The notes under the pieces are model-generated. The model did not search any database and was not told the origin of the DNA. It worked only from the letters and a program-made list of their open reading frames with translations. Position numbers and translations under genes: made by a program. Source: Acidimicrobiia bacterium (GTDB taxonomy: Bacteria; Actinomycetota; Acidimicrobiia; Spongiisociales; ZC4RG35). From it: DNA of 64,000 bases. Every line of letters begins with the position of its first letter. The first letter of the stretch is position 1. This document shows, one piece after another, positions 1 to 8,095 of the stretch. The stretch spans positions 14,513 to 78,512 of the forward strand of contig JANQRA010000020.1 of assembly GCA_028284765.1 (NCBI GenBank), in the 5' to 3' direction.

Positions 1-1
1 T

Positions 2-1069
2 TCGGTCACTAGATCGGCACTCTCGATTCCACCATGGTCTAAGGGCGCATTTCGGATCCTGAACAAGCACTGGCCAGTGTTCAAGGCGCTCGACCCGGCC
101 GCACTCCCCGGGCTGATCGAGAGCATGGGGCTGGCGGACAACACTCCGTATACGGTGGAAGATCTTGTTGAGTCGGTGAGGCTACGTCAGGGGCAAGAAG
201 CGAATCCGGAGGCCATTCCGGACCAAACGATCCGTGAGCAGGAGTATGAAGCTCTGACCAAAGGAGCGACTGACGCCGAAAGCAAGCTGGACCAGTTTGT
301 GTGCGAACCCGGAGCTCTAGGCGAGCGGGCCGACGAGTGGCTCGAACGGGTGATGCTCGTGCGACGACTCAGGGAGGTGCGGGTACTGCACTCGTTCACA
401 AGGGTCCAGCCGCCGAGCCCGGTCGATGATGAGTCAAGGCGACCCCCTCTGTTTGACGAACATCCGGGTTGGTACCCCGCGATCGAAGTCATCGGTGAGG
501 GCGTATTCCTCTCTGTCGACCAAGCACGGTTGAGGTCATGGGAAACCAATCAACACGTTGCGGCGCGAGCCGACAGCATCGACTCGAACTATCGCCAACG
601 CTTCACGGCAAAGGGGATCGCACCGGACAGGAAAATCACGCCGAGATTCCTCATGTTGCACGCCTTTGCCCACGCGATCATCAATCAGTGGAGCCTTGAT
701 TCCGGATACCCGGCCGCATCGTTGCGAGAACGCCTCTATGCGGGTGAGAACCAAGCAGGGGTGCTCATCTACACGGCAACAACGGACTCCGCCGGCAGCC
801 TGGGCGGGGTCGTGGGACTAGCCGAGCCTGACCGGCTTGATGATGCAATCGCGGAAGCGATCGCACGAGCCTCGTGGTGTTCGATGGACCCCGTGTGCAT
901 CGAATCCGAAGCAGGTGGAGTGGACGCGTTGAACCGGGCTGCGTGCCACGCCTGCTCGTTGCTACCCGAAGTGAGTTGCGAAGAGCAAAACGTCTTATTG
1001 GACCGGGGGATGCTGGTCGGCGCTGGGAGAACGCCGGGCTTTTTCTCTCATCTAGTCGCAGGCGTCTGA
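2..1069 (+). CDS. drmB: DISARM DrmB-like DUF1998 protein (5' partial; frame is open to the window edge)
   Basis: Frame open from base 2 (SALSIPPWS...). Motifs LHAFAHAII, GYPAASLRERLY, GVLIYT..DSAGSLGG and the C-terminal Cys cluster CSMDPVC...ACHACSLLPEVSCE are typical of DrmB/DUF1998. Confidence 0.85.
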   Translation, partial: SVTRSALSIPPWSKGAFRILNKHWPVFKALDPAALPGLIESMGLADNTPYTVEDLVESVRLRQGQEANPEAIPDQTIREQEYEALTKGATDAESKLDQFVCEPGALGERADEWLERVMLVRRLREVRVLHSFTRVQPPSPVDDESRRPPLFDEHPGWYPAIEVIGEGVFLSVDQARLRSWETNQHVAARADSIDSNYRQRFTAKGIAPDRKITPRFLMLHAFAHAIINQWSLDSGYPAASLRERLYAGENQAGVLIYTATTDSAGSLGGVVGLAEPDRLDDAIAEAIARASWCSMDPVCIESEAGGVDALNRAACHACSLLPEVSCEEQNVLLDRGMLVGAGRTPGFFSHLVAGV

Positions 1070-1071
1070 CC

Positions 1072-2787
1072 GTGACTCGCATGATCCCGGACCAGGTGTC
1101 TGACCATGTAACGAGCTCTGCCGAGCGTCGGATGTTCGATCGAATCCGGAAGGGTCTGAACGACAATTGGACCGCCCTGCACTCACTCGGTATCGCCCAC
1201 CACGCCACCAAACCATGGGCTGAGATCGACTTTGTTCTGATCGGGCCTCCCGGAGTTATCTGCCTCGAGGTGAAGGGTGGCCGGATCAGTCGAGAATCCG
1301 GAGAGTGGGCCTTTACCGACGGAGCGGAAAACCGGAGCCGAAAGCGTGAGGGTCCGTTCGAACAGGTCGGCTCTGCATCGTCTGCATTGCACAACTGGCT
1401 CAGGTCGAACGTGCATGGGCTTGGATCCCACTTCATTGCGTACGCAGTAGCTACACCGGATTCGACTTGGCGGGTCACGGGACCCGACATCGAACCAAAG
1501 CTCGTCTACGACGCGGCGAGTGCAGAATCCCCATTCGGGGACTTCATCGACCGGGTTGTCGAGTATTGGCGAGGCCTGGCATCCGATCGCATCGGGCTGT
1601 CGCCTGAACCGATCAACCAGATCATTCAGACGCGAATCGTTGACAGTCTGCGCGGTGACTTCGACCTTCGCCCGTCGATGAGAGCGCGAGTTCGAAACAT
1701 CAACGACGACCTCCTCTCCCTGACCACGGAGCAGTACCGAGTACTCGACGGTTTGGAAGAGAACAGCCGCGTCGTTGTCCGGGGCGGTGCTGGTACAGGT
1801 AAGACTCTCTTGGCGATCGAAGAGGCAGATCGCGCCATAAAGAAAGGCCGGAGTGTCGCCCTGCTCTGTTCTAGCCGACGGCTGAGTACGTATCTGGAAG
1901 AGGCTACGAACGGGTCCACCTTCGTAGGACATCTCCACGGGTTGATGGCCGACATCGTCAGGCGTTCAGGACGAAATTCACAGCTCCCCGACGTCGACGC
2001 CAACGATCTTTGGACACTTTTCTATCCAGAGCAGACTCTGGAAGGATTAGTGGATCTCGAAGAACTCGGGATAATTGATGTACTAATCGTGGATGAGTCA
2101 CAGGATCTTCTCCAAGACACCTACCTGGACGTCTTCGACGGACTGTTGGATGGTGGGCTCGCTCATGGAGCGTGGCGGTTCTTCCTCGATCCGGTCCAAA
2201 ACATCTTCGATGTAATGCACGCTCCAGCCATCCAGCGGCTCATGGCTCACGAACCGGCTCAGTTCACTCTGACGGTCAACTGCAGAAACACCCAACAGAT
2301 CGCGGTGCACACGTCACTTCTGTCCGACGTGGAGCTGCCGACTGTTCTTCAGGTCGAGGGCGAGAAGATCGACCAAGAGTGGTACTCGGACGACCGCGAC
2401 CTGAGACGTCGAGTTTCGCGACATGTGAATCGGCTGCTCGGTGGTGGTCTATCGCCACGTGACATAGCGGTCTTGGGCCCGTACCGCCTCGAGAATTCGG
2501 CTCTCTCTGATGGGCTCATCGACTCGGAGTATGCGATCTCCGATAACCCCGACGCCGACTGGAGACACATCCCATACTCGACCATCTCGAGTTTCAAAGG
2601 ACTCGAGGCAGATGCCGTTGTCGTCGTTGAGGTCGATGAGCTGTTGAGCGGTCAGGCGCGGTCTGACCTCTACGTTGGGACTTCGCGCGCTCGGGCGCTC
2701 CTGGCGGTCTTCGCTCAAGAAGGGGGTCGCGACGACTACGACGAGCTTGCCCGGCGGTTTGGTACGCGCCTGAAGAACGGTCCTTAG
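1072..2787 (+). CDS. NERD nuclease fused to a superfamily-1 (UvrD/DUF2075-like) helicase
   Basis: N-terminal EIDFVLIGPPGVICLEVKGG (NERD); Walker A GGAGTGKT; Walker B IVDESQD; C-terminal FKGLE and YVGTSRAR. Start GTG 1072 or ATG 1081, right after the drmB stop. Confidence 0.85.
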   Translation: MTRMIPDQVSDHVTSSAERRMFDRIRKGLNDNWTALHSLGIAHHATKPWAEIDFVLIGPPGVICLEVKGGRISRESGEWAFTDGAENRSRKREGPFEQVGSASSALHNWLRSNVHGLGSHFIAYAVATPDSTWRVTGPDIEPKLVYDAASAESPFGDFIDRVVEYWRGLASDRIGLSPEPINQIIQTRIVDSLRGDFDLRPSMRARVRNINDDLLSLTTEQYRVLDGLEENSRVVVRGGAGTGKTLLAIEEADRAIKKGRSVALLCSSRRLSTYLEEATNGSTFVGHLHGLMADIVRRSGRNSQLPDVDANDLWTLFYPEQTLEGLVDLEELGIIDVLIVDESQDLLQDTYLDVFDGLLDGGLAHGAWRFFLDPVQNIFDVMHAPAIQRLMAHEPAQFTLTVNCRNTQQIAVHTSLLSDVELPTVLQVEGEKIDQEWYSDDRDLRRRVSRHVNRLLGGGLSPRDIAVLGPYRLENSALSDGLIDSEYAISDNPDADWRHIPYSTISSFKGLEADAVVVVEVDELLSGQARSDLYVGTSRARALLAVFAQEGGRDDYDELARRFGTRLKNGP

Positions 2788-2853
2788 CGCACTCTAGGGT
2801 CAGGACACGTTGGGTTGGCGCGTCCGCAAGTTGATGGGCTGCAGCATGCAGAC

Positions 2854-2990
2854 CTGTCCCATCGGTCGGTGACGAAAGCGATCCCGGCGAGGGGGGCGTG
2901 TCCTGGGCCCTGGAAGACACCTGTCTAGGAGCTGACGCCATGGCTCAGCTGATTGCTGAATCTGGTATCGATCGCTTGGGGAGCGATCAC
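2854..2990 (+). repeat. Diverged copy 1 of the integrase leader (degenerate promoter/hairpin plus MAQLIAESGIDRLGSDH coding stretch)
   Basis: 2909-2990 aligns ungapped to 5144-5225 with 72/82 identities; weaker similarity extends back to CTGTCC at 2854. Confidence 0.9.
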
Positions 2991-3015
2991 CTTTGGAGGG
3001 ATCTAACTTTGGGGA

Positions 3016-3723
3016 GTGCCGATTTGCGATCCTGGAGAGCGGGTAGACGAGACAGGATTGGCTTACAAAGGTTCGATGCTCCAACTCCAGATCTACGTGA
3101 ATCGGTTCACCGACAGGATCAACTTGGCGGTGGCTAAAACGCTCAGATCGTCCGCGGAGATCAATTGGGTATCACCGCTTGCTGCCACTGGGTACGCCGA
3201 GTATCGCGACAAGAGCTTCCTTACCGCACTTGGTCTCGAGAGACACACACCTGAACTCGCTGACTTCTGGCCAGGTCGAGGGCCCTGTTGGGATGGACTG
3301 GGCCTTATCTCAGAAGGTTTCGGGCCTGAGCCCTTGCTCGTAGAGGCAAAAAGCTACCCCCAGGAGGGTTACTCGACCATGGCCGCAAAGTCGTCAGAGT
3401 CGGTCCGAAGGATCGAGGAAGCTCTGGACGTTACAGCCGTATGGCTCGGCTTGAATGAGCGGCCACCTTCGTGGACCCATGGCCGTTACCAGGTCGCCAA
3501 CCGCCTGGCGCACCTCTACTTCCTTCGCGAGGTGGTTGGCGTCGAAGCGCACGTAATCTTCGCCTTCTTTGTTAGAGACCCCACCCATATCTCGACAGAA
3601 CTCCGGGAATGGGAGCGAGCCACCGAGATCATGTGGGTCGAATTGGGAATGTCTGACCCACCTGACCACACGGGGGTTGTCTACCTGGACGGCGTTCGGC
3701 ATAACCCCAATCAAGGCATTTAG
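3016..3723 (+). CDS. Hypothetical protein, probable PD-(D/E)XK restriction-endonuclease-like nuclease
   Basis: GPCWDGLG...LLVEAKS (D...ExK) plus YQVANRLAHLYFLR motif; defence-island context; start uncertain. Confidence 0.6.
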   Translation: MPICDPGERVDETGLAYKGSMLQLQIYVNRFTDRINLAVAKTLRSSAEINWVSPLAATGYAEYRDKSFLTALGLERHTPELADFWPGRGPCWDGLGLISEGFGPEPLLVEAKSYPQEGYSTMAAKSSESVRRIEEALDVTAVWLGLNERPPSWTHGRYQVANRLAHLYFLREVVGVEAHVIFAFFVRDPTHISTELREWERATEIMWVELGMSDPPDHTGVVYLDGVRHNPNQGI

Positions 3724-3732
3724 GCTCGAAGC

Positions 3733-5066
3733 GTGAGTGAAACCAAGCTGCCGACCTACCTCGACCTGATGCTCCCGACCCTGTCCGCCGTCGAAGCGTT
3801 GGGCGGAAAAGCTCACATCCACGAGATCAATCCTGAGGCGATTGCCAAGGCCGGAATCACGGACGAGCAGATGGCCGTGGAGTTCCCGGAGGACTCTTCC
3901 CAAAGCGGACCGAAGGTCCTACATCGGCTGGCGTGGGCTCGAACTGTCCTTCGACGGGTGGACGCTCTGGAGTCGCTCGGTGGTGGCCTCTGGGCCTTGA
4001 CCGACACTGGCAGCACGATGCTCGCGCTTGATCCTGCTTAGGCCGATCATTGGCTGCAAGAAACCTTCGAGCTCAACGCGAACGAAAGGCAGCCGGGGAA
4101 AGACAAACTTGGCGCGTTCGAGGACAAGGCTACTTCCGGCTCACCAGAACAGATGACCGTCAGGGAACTAATCGGACTCTGGGGGGCAGGCCGACGGTGG
4201 TCGACTATCAATGAGAAGATCGTGGCTGCTCTGACCGCTCATGGACTCACCACCGACCCAGATTTCACAACCGTGGGGCTGGATCAGACGATTGAAATCG
4301 TCGGTGTCGAGGTTGGGAATGGCCAAGCGACTCCGATCACAGAACCCGCGACTCTCCGAGTAGGCACCTCCCGTCAGCTACGGCCGGTATCGAGAGCGTG
4401 ACTCCCAACGCCACCCTGCTCGAAGCCCAAACGAAGATGTGGACCAACGACTACTCACAGCTCGCTGTGATGAATGGGACCCGGAATCTGATTGGAGCCG
4501 TTTCGTGGGAATCGATTGCTCGCGCCCATTTGCAGAACCCTTCCGCCGAGCTCAAGGACTGCATCACCGACCCTGTCGAGGTGAAGGTCGAGACTCCACT
4601 GCTGGAGGCCATCCGAATCGTCGCTACCTCTGAGTTCGTGTTCGTAAGGGAGTACGACAACACGGTCTCCGGCATCGTCACCACGATGGATTTAAGTGAC
4701 CAGTTCTCAGCCCTGGCCGGACCCTTCTTGATTCTCGGAGAGATAGAGCGCCTACTCCGTATCCCCATCGATCGGGAATTCACGATCGACGAGCTCGTCG
4801 AGATGCTTGAACCCGACGATGGCCGCACCGTCACCGGGAGTCACTCTCTGACGTTGGGAGAGATTCAAAGAGTCATCACGGATCGTGAGAATTGGGAGAG
4901 GCTGAAATGGCCCGCTGATCGAAAGGTCTTCAACGAGGCGCTCGACAACATTCGAAAGACGCGCAACGAGATCATGCATTTCAATCCGGATCCGTTGGAA
5001 CCTGGTCGCCTCCACTTCCTCGAGGCCTTCTTGAAGATGGTGAGAGAGCTGGTCACCTCGGCTTAA
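3733..5066 (+). pseudogene. Disrupted Mrr_N winged-helix + CBS-pair + HEPN-like protein
   Basis: Mrr_N-like 3733-4041 (LPTYLDLMLPTL...RLAWARTVL...GLWALT). TAG at 4039-4041 is followed by the same open frame to the 4153 ORF. A 1-nt frameshift near 4366-4370 restores TLPSATAGIESVTP into the CBS domain (DYSQLAV, GIVTTMDL). C-terminal RNEIMH (RxxxxH). Confidence 0.7.
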
Positions 5067-5077
5067 GGCGCCAAAAA

Positions 5078-5100
5078 CTGTCCGTACCGTACGATACGTT
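5078..5100 (+). promoter_or_regulatory. RecA-NDp/PafBC-type promoter candidate upstream of the integrase
   Basis: cTGTCCgta-N8-TACGTT resembles the actinobacterial tTGTCRgtg-N8-TAnnnT consensus with the same spacing. Confidence 0.5.
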
Positions 5101-5114
5101 CACGTCAAGAAGGC

Positions 5115-5225
5115 GGCCCCGGCGGTGCTGGAACACCCCGGGGCCTGGACGACACCTAAACAGGAGGTGACGCCATGGCTCAGCTTATTGCTGACTCTGG
5201 TTTCGATCGCATGGGGAGCGATCAC
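5115..5225 (+). promoter_or_regulatory. Structured 5' leader of the integrase (three hairpins); copy 2 of the repeat
   Basis: GGCCCCGG-c-GGTG-ctggaa-CACC-CCGGGGCC (5115-5145); TGG.CG.CACCT/AGGTG.CG.CCA (5146-5175) covering the uORF RBS; GATCGC/GCGATC (5205-5223) around the integrase GGGGAG RBS. Confidence 0.65.
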
Positions 5226-5228
5226 TGA
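5175..5228 (+). CDS. 17-aa leader peptide MAQLIADSGFDRMGSDH, translationally coupled to the integrase
   Basis: AGGAGG RBS at 5162-5167; ATG 5175; its TGA overlaps the integrase ATG (TGATG); the paralogous copy at 2940 differs only by synonymous or conservative changes. Confidence 0.6.
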   Translation: MAQLIADSGFDRMGSDH

Positions 5229-6394
5229 TGCAGGGGCACATCCACAAGCGTGTCCGCACCTGCAAGAACGGTAGGAAGTCGACGCTTTGGTATGTGGTGG
5301 TCGACCTGCCGCAAGGCGCCAGCGGCGAGCGCCGGCAGAAATGGCACGGCGGGTTCCAGACTAAGAAGGCGGCGGAGGCGGTGCGGGCCCGTCTCGTCCA
5401 CGAGTTGACCACCGGGTTCTACGTGGAGCCGTCACGGATGCTGCTCAGCGAGTGGCTGGCCGACCACTGGTTGCCGGTTCACAAGACCCGGGTGAAGAAG
5501 ACGACGTATCGGGCGTATCGGTCGGCTGTCGTCCATCACATCAACCCGAGGATCGGTGGTGTGGCAATCGGGAAGCTGAAACCGCAGATGCTCAACAACC
5601 TCTACCAGCAGCTGTTGGCCGACGGACGATGTGACGGTGAAGGCGGGTTGGCTCCGGCGACGGTGAGCGGCGTCCACGTTGTGTTGCGTAAGGCGTTGGC
5701 CGACGCCGAGGACGCCGGGCTGATCCCGAGGAACCCGGCGATAGGGGCCAAACCGCCCCGTCCTAAGTCACAAGGAGGCGAGCTCCGCTACTGGACACCT
5801 GCCGAGCTGCGGGAGTTCCTCGATTTGGTCGAAGGGCATCGTCTCGAGGCGGCGTTTCATCTGCTGGCGATGACCGGAGCCCGACGTGGTGAGGTGGCTG
5901 GCCTTCGATGGGTCGATGTCGACCTCGATGCGGCCCGGATCACCATCCGTCAGAGGTTGCTGGCAGGAGACGGAGAGGTGTATCTGTCAAGTCCGAAGAG
6001 TGGGAGGGGGGGGACCGTCGATCTCGATCAGGCAACTGTGGACCAGCTGCGACAGCATCGGGAACGTCAGCGTCACGAGGCGGCGGAGACGTGGCGGTGG
6101 GAGGACAGCGGGTACGTGTTCACCAGGAAGGACGGGTCGGCGCTGAATCCGTCGACGTTGACCCGGGCGTTCCGGTGGATCGTCGACCATTCCGAGCTGC
6201 CCCGGATCCGTCTGCATGACCTGCGGCACACCCATGCCTCGATTGCGGTGAAGGCGGGTGTGCCCGTCGGTGTGGTCAGTGAGCGGTTGGGTCATGCCTC
6301 ACCGGAGTTCACCCTGCAACGGTATTCGCATGTGATGCCGGGGATGCAACGGGAGGCGGCGCATGCCGTGGCGAGGGCGGTTCGGTTTGGGTAA
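5228..6394 (+). CDS. Site-specific tyrosine integrase (ICE/phage type) with N-terminal arm-binding domain
   Basis: N-terminal WYVVVDL...RRQKWHGGFQTKKAAE arm-binding region; catalytic residues TGARRGE (R), SPKS (K), HDLRHTH, RLGH, YSH. Confidence 0.95.
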   Translation: MQGHIHKRVRTCKNGRKSTLWYVVVDLPQGASGERRQKWHGGFQTKKAAEAVRARLVHELTTGFYVEPSRMLLSEWLADHWLPVHKTRVKKTTYRAYRSAVVHHINPRIGGVAIGKLKPQMLNNLYQQLLADGRCDGEGGLAPATVSGVHVVLRKALADAEDAGLIPRNPAIGAKPPRPKSQGGELRYWTPAELREFLDLVEGHRLEAAFHLLAMTGARRGEVAGLRWVDVDLDAARITIRQRLLAGDGEVYLSSPKSGRGGTVDLDQATVDQLRQHRERQRHEAAETWRWEDSGYVFTRKDGSALNPSTLTRAFRWIVDHSELPRIRLHDLRHTHASIAVKAGVPVGVVSERLGHASPEFTLQRYSHVMPGMQREAAHAVARAVRFG

Positions 6395-6411
6395 GGATGC
6401 AATGGGACTGA

Positions 6412-7824
6412 CTAATCGTCGGTCGGCACGAAACCGAGTCGGCGCCTTGTATCATCGAAACTGAGAACTCGAGGTTGCAGCTCTGGGTCAAGAGCGGCGA
6501 GGGCAAGAAGGCCCTGGCAGTAACCGTGATATACGAGCTCTAATGTCCTGTCCACTCCGAGTCGGCTCAACACCGTCGGTGTTTCGTTTATGTCGTTCCG
6601 AGTCTCTCTCCAATGCTGCTCGTCCCACGAACCGAGGCTTTGAGGTAGAGCCGGAAAGGCGGTTAGGAGCCGCTCGTAGACGTCAGGCGATAGATCTCGA
6701 ATCCTCCGGGCCAACTCCATTGGGGTCTCCTGCAGCCTTATGACGTACCCGTCTACCCCAACATGGAGCGTCTCACGCTCCAAAAGGGCAGTTCTCGTAC
6801 GAGTGTTGCTCCGAAAGAGAACTCCTACGACCCTCAAATACGCTCCGAGTCGGCCCCATCTGCCCTTCCAGTCGTCGGGCGTTGATGCATCGAGACACAG
6901 GAACTCGATCGGATTGGATTCACCAATGGCGCCTTTGATGTGCCCGTGAAGCCACTCCGCTCCGAGGTTGTCGTGCACTCCCCCGTCGAGCAGCTTCAGG
7001 TGGGTTCCGAGCCTGCGGCGCGGGTGGTTGAAGCGCAGCTCACTCGTGGAGACCTTGACTGGAGGAAAAACCGGCGGAAAACCTGCACTGGCTGACACGG
7101 CTGTAGCGATCTTCAGATTGCGTGCCGAGTCGGCGGCTGCGGCGCCATAGTTCTCGAGTATCACTCCGGCGTTTGAGAAATACGCGTAACTGGCCGCCTT
7201 GAGATCCGTTGAGCACAGGACGTGCGTCGGATTGGGATGCATCTCACTGAGCGAGTACGAATTCCCGTCGGCTTGAGTTAGGTATCGGAACGCCGTTGTT
7301 GTCGATGCCTCAGTGCTCGGACTGAAGAAGAATTTCCAGTATGCCCCAGCAATGAGTGGTGCGAGCAGATAGACGTAGACGACGATCGCGGCGAGAATCA
7401 AGAACGCGAAGCCCAGCGCCATCAGCACCGTGGAGAATATGCCCCAGGCTTCGCCCCAAACGACCGTCCCAGTAAAGAAGGCTGCGTAGATCAGAGCAAT
7501 CGCACCTCCTATCCACAAAACCCTCTTCAGGGTGAAGTTCAGCACTCCGGTGTTTGCCACGAGACTCGCTAGCGGGCCAAGTTCGTTGGCGAGCGTCTCA
7601 TGGTCGATGTCTTCGAGGCCCTCGATCAGGCCGAGCTGGGCGTTGGTTACCGACCCTCCTGACACCGAAGCTATCGCCTTGACACGCCGGAATGCGCCGG
7701 TATCTGCCAAAGCGAGGGCGAGCCCGATTGCAAAAGCGGTAGCCCGGTGACCGCCTCCAGAGAAGGTAACAAACAGGTTTTGCTCCTGCGCGTCGGGAGC
7801 GGATCCACCGTTCCTACCAGACAT
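6412..7824 (-). CDS. Patatin-like phospholipase with two transmembrane helices
   Basis: FSGGGHRA glycine-rich loop, SVSGGS nucleophile elbow, DGGV motif; hydrophobic segments WIGGAIALIYAAFF and LMALGFAFLILAAIVVYVYLL. Start uncertain (7824 or 7896). Confidence 0.85.
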   Translation of the reverse strand: MSGRNGGSAPDAQEQNLFVTFSGGGHRATAFAIGLALALADTGAFRRVKAIASVSGGSVTNAQLGLIEGLEDIDHETLANELGPLASLVANTGVLNFTLKRVLWIGGAIALIYAAFFTGTVVWGEAWGIFSTVLMALGFAFLILAAIVVYVYLLAPLIAGAYWKFFFSPSTEASTTTAFRYLTQADGNSYSLSEMHPNPTHVLCSTDLKAASYAYFSNAGVILENYGAAAADSARNLKIATAVSASAGFPPVFPPVKVSTSELRFNHPRRRLGTHLKLLDGGVHDNLGAEWLHGHIKGAIGESNPIEFLCLDASTPDDWKGRWGRLGAYLRVVGVLFRSNTRTRTALLERETLHVGVDGYVIRLQETPMELARRIRDLSPDVYERLLTAFPALPQSLGSWDEQHWRETRNDINETPTVLSRLGVDRTLELVYHGYCQGLLALAALDPELQPRVLSFDDTRRRLGFVPTDD

Positions 7825-7909
7825 TCGTTCGATCCTATCAATAGAGGCATCCTCTAGTCCGCCCCGTTTGGTCCGACAGTGGCAGGCGATGAGCAAAGGC
7901 TCCCGACCA

Positions 7910-7929
7910 GTTTGACCCCCGTTTGACCC
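7910..7929 (+). repeat. Tandem GTTTGACCC direct repeat; possible integrase arm-type sites
   Basis: GTTTGACCCcc GTTTGACCC; a related CCCCGTTTGGTCC lies at 7862. Confidence 0.4.
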
Positions 7930-8095
7930 GAAGGTCGAAACTTCTCAAACCCCCAACAACCACAGCCCTCTCCCCCACGACCGCACCTAGTTCCCGATGC
8001 CCTCGCATGGCAATGAGTTCACTTCGTTCTGAACCTCATTGTCGTCCGAACTCGCAGCCAACAGCCACGACCGCAATTGTTAGCCTTGTGACTCA

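Noticed and set aside
874-1071. N-terminal extensions given by the ORF track (874, 33188, 38230, 42674, 51535, 57410)
   Set aside because: They overlap neighbouring genes or promoters; downstream starts with RBS or stop-start coupling fit better.
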